Of a stretch of 25,926 nt of DNA, positions 18,150-25,553 are shown one piece after another. Under the pieces are notes generated by a model that saw nothing but the letters and a program-made list of their open reading frames with translations, was not told the origin of the DNA and did no database searches. The position numbers were made by a program, and so were the translations under genes. The stretch is from a virus (taxonomy: Duplodnaviria > Caudoviricetes), in IMG/VR virus record IMGVR_UViG_3300005662_000204, positions 1 to 25,926 of that record; one strand, given 5' to 3'. Within the stretch, counting starts at the first letter, position 1. Every line of letters starts with the position of its first letter.

Positions 18150-21139
18150 TGGCAATAAATAAATTTACTTGTCCACCACAAAGTAGTGCGGCCAATCAGT
18201 TCTCAAATAACTTGGTTGGAGTTCAGTTAGTTACTGGGGGTGGATTAACGCAAGCAAATTTTAATTTCACCACAGGTATAAGTGAAAAACAAAATAGAAC
18301 TTTTACCATAGGTACTTTCTCAGACCCAATCAATTTGGAGTCAATGAATATTGAAAATAATATTGAGTCTGCAGATATATTAGCGAACAATTATAGAGTT
18401 TACCCAAATTATGATCTTTCACAAGTAACAAACTTTACACAGTACGGATCATTAGTTAAAAGAATGTCAGTTTCTATAACTAGAATAATTGGTTTTTTTC
18501 CTGCGGGATTAGAGGTGAATTCAAAAACACCAAAATTCATAACACAAGAAACCGCAGTTAACATTTCATACGACTCAGTTGAAAATGATACAACATTTGA
18601 AGTTTATATAAGTTCAATTCAAAACCCATTTGAGATAGACTATTCTGAAAATGCTGAAACAAACATGATGTTCAACGAACTTCCTGTTTCACCTTTAAGA
18701 AATATGAAATTGAATTACAAAAAGTATGTTTTATATCTTAATGGGACTCAGTATCCTGTGAATTATTTATACCCTACTAACAGTAGTTCTACAACATTAA
18801 AACTAATTGTTGATGGAGATCCTTTTAGTGGATCAAGTTTTTCAAATGACTATTTGGTTATTAGACCAAACGATTTTGAATGTAATAAAGTATTCAATAC
18901 AGAATTAGATACAGTTGAAAATTTCTTATTGAATAGACAGATAACACCACCATATACCGCACAGTTTATTGTACCAAGAGAACAGGAGGATGGAACTTTT
19001 GTTCTTACTACTGAATTAGTGACTTGGCCAAGAGCTGGTTTATGGAACTTAGATATTAGTTCGGTTAGATTTGATAACTATCTTACACAAATAAATGATT
19101 TTGCCGCTAACTTAGACACTTATTCAACTAATATTATATCAAGATTTTTAACCACTGGTGCGTTAAAAGAATTTGATACACCTGACCAAAGATTTGAAAA
19201 ACTATTACAATTATATGGTAGAAGTTTTGATGAAACAAAAACATTCATCGGTGCATTAGGGAATATGAATAGTGTACATTATACCGTACAAAATGATATA
19301 CCTTCACAATTATTAAAAAATTTAGCACAAACATTAGGTTGGGTTACGAACTTTTCACCAATATCTCAAGAAGAATTATTACAAGCGGTTTTCACAACAC
19401 AACCAAATCCATTTCCTGGTTTACAAATTGGACCAACACCTGAAGAATTAAATTATCAATTTTACAGAAATTTAATTTTGAATTCAGCTTACCTGTTTAA
19501 ATCTAAAGGTACAAGAAAATCAATAGAGTGTTTATTAAGAATGGTAGGAGCTCCTGAAGCACTAACAGAATTTAATGAACATGTTTATGTTGCCGACCAA
19601 AGGATCAATATGGTTGAGTTTAATCAACAATTTGCAGAAATAAGTACAGGATCAATTACAACACAACTTCCTGTATTACAAACTAGTAATGTATTCTCAA
19701 TTCAGGGAATTCAATATACAGGATTTACAACCACGGCAACAAATTTAACCGTGTTAACAACAAGGACTGATTATCCTGTTGACGAATTTGGATGTCCAAA
19801 AATGCCTACACCATCAGAAAGTTACTTCTTTCAAATAGGAGGAGGTTGGTATGAATCCACACCTCAACATAACATGCCTGAATTTGCGGTTCCTACAAAT
19901 CAAGTGTTTACGGGAAATAACCCAAATTATCAAACTCAATTATTACCTTTCAATTACGGAGAAGAATACTTATATCGTTATAGATATTTTCCATATATGG
20001 ATCTTGGATTCAAACTTAGAAAAGTTACCGAGAACAAAAAAAGTTGGGTTGATACATCACCATTTTTAAGAACAAGTTCCGATGGAGGGTTCAATTCTTA
20101 TTACAGCGTCGGTGAAGAATGTTTAGTATTGAATGTTAAAAATGTTGACATAATGATGAACCCTGGTCAAGGTTTGGCATACGATGTTTGGTCAATGTCA
20201 AGGGAGTACAACTACCCAATACCTGAACAAGGATTGTTCTATACACCACCTTCACCATGTTACACACCACCAAACCCATACCCAAAAGTAGGTGGGGTAG
20301 ATTGGACGACAATTGTGCCAAAACCAAAACAAAAAACATTCTTTGAGTTTGCACAAACATTTTGGAGAAACATGATTAACACTCGTAATCGTCAATTTAT
20401 TACAGACGGTAAAACGGGAGGTTACCCAACTTTACAATCAATATATTGGAAATATTTAGATTCATTGGCTCAAGCTGGTATACCAAATAATAACTATACA
20501 TACCAAACGATGATTGATTTTGTTAATGGTATGGGTGATTATTGGATCAGACTTGTAGAACAAATGGTTCCTGCAACTACAATTTGGAATACTGGTGTTA
20601 GATTGGAGAACTCAATTTTCCACAGACAAAAGTTTGTTTGGAGAAGACAAGAAGGTTGTAAATTTGTACCAGTTCCTTGTAAACCATGTAGTCTTACAAC
20701 TCAATTATATGTTTTAGACTGTCCTGTACAACAAGTAACATGCGCTCTTTACCCTTGGAATTCTGATCCTAATACAACATCTTTTGGGGTTGTATTAACA
20801 AAAACATTAAATGATTATTTTATTTCAGAGGCGATAAACCCAAGTGATTGTCTATTAAATACAATTCTTAGTAGTTGGGTTGTAGACATAAGAGTTAACA
20901 GTAATGTATTAATTCAATACCCATTCTATTCTGGTGTCGGACCTAATCAATATCCAACATCAACTCAATGGGTTACCGCATTAGAAGAAGCATTCCAAAG
21001 TTTACTAACATCAGGTTATAGTTATAATATTGATACAACCAACGATGAGATTGTAGTCTTTAACAATAATTGTCAACCTAATTTTGACGACCTACAAATC
21101 AATGTCGGTATAAACTTCCAAGTATATTGTAACGGGTAA
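18149..21139 (+). CDS. Baseplate protein with P2 gpI / T4 gp7-like wedge domain (996 aa)
   Basis: Central LYGRSFDETKTFI...IPSQLLKNLAQTLGW...YRNLILNSAYLFKSKGTRKSIECLLRMVG (about 19190-19590) matches the 'LA..LGW ... K.KGT..S...LL' pattern of gpI/gp7-type wedge proteins. LVEQMVPATT resembles their C-terminal 'PA' motif. Confidence 0.65.
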   Translation: MAINKFTCPPQSSAANQFSNNLVGVQLVTGGGLTQANFNFTTGISEKQNRTFTIGTFSDPINLESMNIENNIESADILANNYRVYPNYDLSQVTNFTQYGSLVKRMSVSITRIIGFFPAGLEVNSKTPKFITQETAVNISYDSVENDTTFEVYISSIQNPFEIDYSENAETNMMFNELPVSPLRNMKLNYKKYVLYLNGTQYPVNYLYPTNSSSTTLKLIVDGDPFSGSSFSNDYLVIRPNDFECNKVFNTELDTVENFLLNRQITPPYTAQFIVPREQEDGTFVLTTELVTWPRAGLWNLDISSVRFDNYLTQINDFAANLDTYSTNIISRFLTTGALKEFDTPDQRFEKLLQLYGRSFDETKTFIGALGNMNSVHYTVQNDIPSQLLKNLAQTLGWVTNFSPISQEELLQAVFTTQPNPFPGLQIGPTPEELNYQFYRNLILNSAYLFKSKGTRKSIECLLRMVGAPEALTEFNEHVYVADQRINMVEFNQQFAEISTGSITTQLPVLQTSNVFSIQGIQYTGFTTTATNLTVLTTRTDYPVDEFGCPKMPTPSESYFFQIGGGWYESTPQHNMPEFAVPTNQVFTGNNPNYQTQLLPFNYGEEYLYRYRYFPYMDLGFKLRKVTENKKSWVDTSPFLRTSSDGGFNSYYSVGEECLVLNVKNVDIMMNPGQGLAYDVWSMSREYNYPIPEQGLFYTPPSPCYTPPNPYPKVGGVDWTTIVPKPKQKTFFEFAQTFWRNMINTRNRQFITDGKTGGYPTLQSIYWKYLDSLAQAGIPNNNYTYQTMIDFVNGMGDYWIRLVEQMVPATTIWNTGVRLENSIFHRQKFVWRRQEGCKFVPVPCKPCSLTTQLYVLDCPVQQVTCALYPWNSDPNTTSFGVVLTKTLNDYFISEAINPSDCLLNTILSSWVVDIRVNSNVLIQYPFYSGVGPNQYPTSTQWVTALEEAFQSLLTSGYSYNIDTTNDEIVVFNNNCQPNFDDLQINVGINFQVYCNG

Positions 21140-22860
21140 TGAGTTTTGTATTAATAAATTATGGGTTAACAGGTGATTGTACAAACACAATTTCAGGTGC
21201 GGTAAGTTTCGAAATCTCAGGAGGAACACCACCATATGTTGTTAGTTGTTTGAATACATCTTGTGTTATTTCACCAACTATCGTAACAGGACCCCCTTAC
21301 ATATTTCAATATGTTGGATTATCTGCCGATACATACTTTTTAGAGATTAAAGATTCTTCAAATAGTACCTTTATTCAAAGTGTATATATATCCTCGGGTA
21401 CTTCGGCAACAATAGACTCTGTTGACACGACATGTGGGTACAATAACGGAGCGGTAACTGGATTTACAAATGGGTCGTATGGAATTGCAACATTTAATTT
21501 ATACGATGGGGATGATAACTTTATAACCTCAGCGGCAACACCAAACAACTACTATGATTTCCAATCACTGTCCGCAGGAACATACTATATAGTTGCTAAC
21601 AATGGTGGTGGTTGTACGGGTATAACGGCATCTGTCATTATAAATCCTTCTAATTTATTCACTTATGGTGCATATGTTGTAAATGACGGTAGTTGTATTG
21701 GAGGACCAAGTGGTAAGATATTTCTTACAGGATTAACACTTCCTGTATCGGCATATACCATAAATTGGTTAACAAATGTTAACGGTCAAACTGGAACAAC
21801 TATTACAGGTTTAACCGCAGGATCTTATAATGTTGAAATCACAAATCCTGATGGTTGTCAAACAACGGAAACTTTTACTATAACCGGTGTGGGTCCATTG
21901 ACCTCAGCAGGATTTATAGTTATACAACAACCAACATGTTTTGCTGGTGACGGTGAAGTTGAGTTTATAATAACAGGAGGGACTGCGCCGTATTATTTTA
22001 GTGCTTCGACAGGTGAGGTCCAAATAACCTTTAGTCAATCGGCAGTATTTTCAGGGTTGTCTTCAGGAGCTTATAACTTTTCAGTTACCGACGCTGGATT
22101 ATGTGTAATTACCGATTCAATATCTATAGGTACACCTAATTCATTTACTACGGTACAAGTTAATACAACACCTTCTAATTGTTCGGCAAATGACGGGACA
22201 ATTCAAGTTATTGTAGATAGTGGAATAACAACAAATCCGAATTTAACAATTTCAATATCGGGATCTTCAGGTACTCAACAAGTGGGGACAATTGGGCAAA
22301 CATCACAAACATTTGTGGGTCTTCCAAATGGTACTTATATTGTTACAGTAACTTCTATAGGTTGTACTTACACTACTCAAACTACGATATCTTCTGTGAA
22401 TTTATTTAATGTTACCACAGCAGTTACAGGCACAACATGTGGAAGTAAAAATGGTATTTTACAAGTTACGGTATCAACAGGGGGGACCTTACCTTATTAT
22501 TTTAGTTTAACAGGACCAAATCAAAATCCTACTACAACAACAACACTTTTAAGTACATTTACTAATTTATCAGGAGGTAATTATAATCTTACTGTTTATG
22601 ATTCAGGAAGTCCTGCTTGTGTACAGAACTTTGCAATTAACATTCCGTCAAGTACTAGTGTGTTTTTTAATCTAATCGATACCCAACCAATTGTTGGAAA
22701 TGATGGGGCTATAACGGCATATATAACATCAGGAGAACCTCCATTTACTTACATATGGACAGGAGGAAATGTTGGTTCTCAAACAGGATCAACGGTTACT
22801 GGTTTAACTGCGGATACTTATTTCTTAACAGTTGTTGACTCAGATGGTTGTAGTTATAAT
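21139..22860 (+). repeat. Degenerate SprB-like protein repeats (~240 bp period)
   Basis: Recurring GGT.PY, GL..G.Y and D..GC motifs at the protein level. The DNA copies are diverged. Confidence 0.7.
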
Positions 22861-23337
22861 AAGAAAACAACACTAACTGGAACTATAAAATATAGTGATT
22901 ATAGATATTATAATATTTGTGATGACCAATTCAGAAATAGTGGATTAATAACTAAGAGAGGGATTAGATCTATGTATTTAGAAGGATTTTACGATCTTAC
23001 TAGTGGTGATACAAATTGTATAATTAATTCAGCTGAATTCTCAATTTATTCTCAAATTGGAAGTCAATCTGCTCAAACAATATTTTACACATCTTCAGGG
23101 GCTACTGATTATCCTAGTGATACTTTATGGGCACAAACAATCACAGATACATTAGATTCGTTTGTTGGAATAAGTGGAACAACGGTAGATATTACAAATA
23201 ATAGAATTACAATAAAAACAACTTGTGAAGACATACCAAAAGGTTGTGTTATCGCACCACTAAATCCTCTACAAGATAATCAAGTAATTGTAAATTTAGT
23301 TATAGACTATGATATATCTTGTGTCATTTGTAGTTAA
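21139..23337 (+). CDS. SprB-repeat (Bacteroidota adhesin-like) putative tail fibre/appendage protein (732 aa)
   Basis: About seven ~80-aa modules of the form C.G..xG.I.V...GGT.PY...TGL.AG.Y...V.D..GC, for example [44 protein letters not shown] and [18 protein letters not shown]. No signal peptide and no type IX secretion C-terminal domain seen. Confidence 0.75.
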   Translation: MSFVLINYGLTGDCTNTISGAVSFEISGGTPPYVVSCLNTSCVISPTIVTGPPYIFQYVGLSADTYFLEIKDSSNSTFIQSVYISSGTSATIDSVDTTCGYNNGAVTGFTNGSYGIATFNLYDGDDNFITSAATPNNYYDFQSLSAGTYYIVANNGGGCTGITASVIINPSNLFTYGAYVVNDGSCIGGPSGKIFLTGLTLPVSAYTINWLTNVNGQTGTTITGLTAGSYNVEITNPDGCQTTETFTITGVGPLTSAGFIVIQQPTCFAGDGEVEFIITGGTAPYYFSASTGEVQITFSQSAVFSGLSSGAYNFSVTDAGLCVITDSISIGTPNSFTTVQVNTTPSNCSANDGTIQVIVDSGITTNPNLTISISGSSGTQQVGTIGQTSQTFVGLPNGTYIVTVTSIGCTYTTQTTISSVNLFNVTTAVTGTTCGSKNGILQVTVSTGGTLPYYFSLTGPNQNPTTTTTLLSTFTNLSGGNYNLTVYDSGSPACVQNFAINIPSSTSVFFNLIDTQPIVGNDGAITAYITSGEPPFTYIWTGGNVGSQTGSTVTGLTADTYFLTVVDSDGCSYNKKTTLTGTIKYSDYRYYNICDDQFRNSGLITKRGIRSMYLEGFYDLTSGDTNCIINSAEFSIYSQIGSQSAQTIFYTSSGATDYPSDTLWAQTITDTLDSFVGISGTTVDITNNRITIKTTCEDIPKGCVIAPLNPLQDNQVIVNLVIDYDISCVICS

Positions 23338-23339
23338 AA

Positions 23340-24518
23340 ATGTCCAATCAAGTTACAATATACACAGGAACTAGCATTACACCACCATTTAGTGGAATTG
23401 CTTGTGATGTTTATGGTAATCAATGTTTATATGTTGGCAGCGGAACTACATTCCCTATAATATTCACACTACCACCACAATTTAATAGTGCACCTGCAGT
23501 AGGGATACTTTTAATCGATTCAACAGGGTGTCAAAGTTTTGAAACAGTTGTCTGTGGATTAATAGTACCAACACCAACCGCTAGTGTGACAAGTACACCA
23601 ACAGTGACACCAACACCTACAGTGACTATTACTAACACACCAACAAATAGTAATACCCCAAGTCAAACTAACACAATTACACCAACCCCAACGATCACAA
23701 AAACTAGTACACCAGCAAATACAGAAACACCAACTCCGACCCCAACTCCAACAAATACAAAAACACCAACACTAACACCCACAAATACTATTACACCAAC
23801 TCAAACCTCAAGTGAAACTCCAACAGTAACACCAACAAATACTATTACACCTACTCAAACTAACACAGAAACTCCTACACCTACTATTACCCCAACTAAT
23901 ACCGAAACCCCAACACCAACCCCAACTGTTACCGAAACCCCAACACCAACCCCAACATACACACCTACCAATACAGAAACACCTACTGTAACACCTACTG
24001 TAACACCTACTAACACAGAAACCCCAACTACAACTCCAACATACACACCAACTAACACAGAAACTCCAACTCAAACACCTACTGTAACACCAAGTAGTAC
24101 TATGTTAAATAATTATTTTGTGACGAGATGTATTGGTGGTCCCCCTTATGTTGAAATTATTGACGGCAATTTATTAACAGGATTTACGGGAACTACTTTC
24201 TTAGGTAGTGATGGTAATTGTTGGTACACAGTAACACCTACAACAAGTGGTGCAACAATAACACCATTATTGGAATTTGGACCTTACAGTGGTACAGGTT
24301 GTAATGATTGCGCTGATTATGGATGTATTACTTGGGAGATAACAGATGATGGGTCAGGAGGGAAAGTATCATTCACACCTTGTTGTCACGAACTAAATAC
24401 TAGTCCATATGATTTAACACCTTTTGAAGTTATTAGTATATGCTCAAAAACACAACCAGTCCCTTTAGTTGGATCCCCAACAATAGTTAATCAAGGTATT
24501 TGTCCTACTTGCCCTTAA
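23340..24518 (+). CDS. Mucin-like Pro/Thr-rich putative virion surface protein (392 aa)
   Basis: A ~75-aa N-terminal Cys-containing domain (TPPF...IDSTGC, SprB-like), a ~175-aa (T/S)-X alternating region and a ~135-aa C-terminal region with 10 Cys. Confidence 0.75.
   Translation: MSNQVTIYTGTSITPPFSGIACDVYGNQCLYVGSGTTFPIIFTLPPQFNSAPAVGILLIDSTGCQSFETVVCGLIVPTPTASVTSTPTVTPTPTVTITNTPTNSNTPSQTNTITPTPTITKTSTPANTETPTPTPTPTNTKTPTLTPTNTITPTQTSSETPTVTPTNTITPTQTNTETPTPTITPTNTETPTPTPTVTETPTPTPTYTPTNTETPTVTPTVTPTNTETPTTTPTYTPTNTETPTQTPTVTPSSTMLNNYFVTRCIGGPPYVEIIDGNLLTGFTGTTFLGSDGNCWYTVTPTTSGATITPLLEFGPYSGTGCNDCADYGCITWEITDDGSGGKVSFTPCCHELNTSPYDLTPFEVISICSKTQPVPLVGSPTIVNQGICPTCP
23568..24101 (+). repeat. 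Low-complexity coding repeat ([11 protein letters not shown]-type units)
   Basis: ACN codons fall at almost every second position. Exact 26-bp direct repeat ACCGAAACCCCAACACCAACCCCAAC at 23901 and 23931; 17-bp ACAAATACTATTACACC at 23781 and 23835. Confidence 0.9.
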
Positions 24519-24542
24519 AATAAATTCACTTACTAAAAAATA

Positions 24543-24549
24543 TATTTAT
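24543..24549 (+). promoter_or_regulatory. TATTTAT motif upstream of glycosyltransferase
   Basis: aTATTTATc ends 10 nt before the ATG at 24560. Confidence 0.5.
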
Positions 24550-24559
24550 CATTTTTAAA

Positions 24560-25540
24560 ATGAAAGATATTCTATTTGTAACAGCACAACCCGATGTTCC
24601 ATATTTTATTTGGCAAATAAAATTGTATGTACACAATTTTATTGAAAAAGGTATAGACCCAAGTCAAATACATGTTGTGTTAGGTATGATCAATCGAAAC
24701 ACAGAACCATCAGAGGAATCATTAGAATTAAAAAAATTTGGAATCAATGTCCACCATTTCCAAGACGACAGAAAGAAAAAACATTACATACCATCAGTTA
24801 AACCTTATTTAATTTCTAAATGGTTACAACTTGACGAAAATTACGGTAAGTTATTTTTTCTTCATGATGCGGATATTATATTCAACAGATTACCAAACTT
24901 TGAATCTTTGTTAAAAGATGATGTTTCATACTTATCAGACACTATAGGATACATAGGTTACAAATATATTATGGATTGTTGTGAAAGATATGAAAGACAC
25001 CACCCAAATTCTGAAAAAGGTCAACTGATTTCTGAAATGGCTGATGTGATTGGTATTGATGTAAAACTAATTGAAAGTAATCAAGAAAATTCAGGAGGTG
25101 GTCAGTACCTAATTAAAAACACAAATTGTGAATTGTGGGACAAAATTTATAAAGACTCAATCAAACTTTATGATCAGATGCTTGATTACCAAAGAAGATT
25201 CCCAATATCACCAGGAGAAATACAATTTTGGACAGCAGAAATGTGGTCACTACTTTGGAACTTATGGTTGTACGGAAATGAAACTAAAATCACTAATGAG
25301 TTAGATTTTTCTTGGGCGACAGATAATATTTTAATTTACGAAAAAAGACCAATACTACACATGGCTGGAGTTACTCAAGATTTAAAACATAAAAAGTTTT
25401 TCAAAGGTGATTATATAAACTTAGACCCAATAGAAAGAGTAAAGGAAGACCCAACATATTTTGATTTCATCGAAAAAACAAGTTCAACTGTAAAATACAT
25501 TGATAATATGAAATCCTACATAAAAAAATACGAAAGTTGA
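24560..25540 (+). CDS. GT-A fold glycosyltransferase, HPAT (GT95) / SERGT1 (GT96)-like putative peptide O-glycosyltransferase (326 aa)
   Basis: DxD motif FFLHDADIIF (DAD at 24866-24874). The blocks VTAQPDVPYFIWQ, YIPSVKPYLISKWL, GGGQYLI, WTAEMW and ILHMAG occur in the same order as the Y..WQ, Y...N[KR]P.....WL, D/E-x-D, W..EMY and His blocks I recall for plant HPAT/SERGT1. Confidence 0.72.
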   Translation: MKDILFVTAQPDVPYFIWQIKLYVHNFIEKGIDPSQIHVVLGMINRNTEPSEESLELKKFGINVHHFQDDRKKKHYIPSVKPYLISKWLQLDENYGKLFFLHDADIIFNRLPNFESLLKDDVSYLSDTIGYIGYKYIMDCCERYERHHPNSEKGQLISEMADVIGIDVKLIESNQENSGGGQYLIKNTNCELWDKIYKDSIKLYDQMLDYQRRFPISPGEIQFWTAEMWSLLWNLWLYGNETKITNELDFSWATDNILIYEKRPILHMAGVTQDLKHKKFFKGDYINLDPIERVKEDPTYFDFIEKTSSTVKYIDNMKSYIKKYES

Positions 25541-25541
25541 T

Positions 25542-25552
25542 TATTTATAAGT
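25542..25552 (+). promoter_or_regulatory. TATTTATAAGT motif upstream of last ORF
   Basis: Identical to 5348-5358 and fills almost the whole 13-nt gap before the ATG at 25554. Confidence 0.6.
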
Positions 25553-25553
25553 A

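Noticed and set aside
1370-20360. Short alternative-frame and minus-strand ORFs in the supplied track (60-112 aa, e.g. 1506-1844, 9326-9625, 15149-15397)
   Set aside because: All overlap long, motif-supported or tightly packed + strand genes and show no recognisable motifs, so they are most likely shadow ORFs.
23808-24074. Minus-strand Val/Gly-rich and Cys/Trp-rich ORFs
   Set aside because: They are antisense readings of the ACN/CCN Thr-Pro repeat, which lacks stop codons on the reverse strand.
23568-24101. Possible CRISPR array or DGR template/variable repeat
   Set aside because: The repeats are in-frame, degenerate and codon-periodic, with no unique spacers. No adenine-specific mismatch pair, cas gene or reverse transcriptase is seen in the window.
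23568-24101. Ice-binding (TxT antifreeze-like) protein
   Set aside because: The high Pro content and lack of a fixed longer period are incompatible with the regular beta-solenoid of TxT ice-binding proteins. A linker or stalk fits better.
5362-24518. Bacterial extracellular contractile injection system or tailocin locus
   Set aside because: It is directly joined to phage-type replication genes, and no host housekeeping genes or eCIS AAA ATPase are in view. A phage is the simpler reading.
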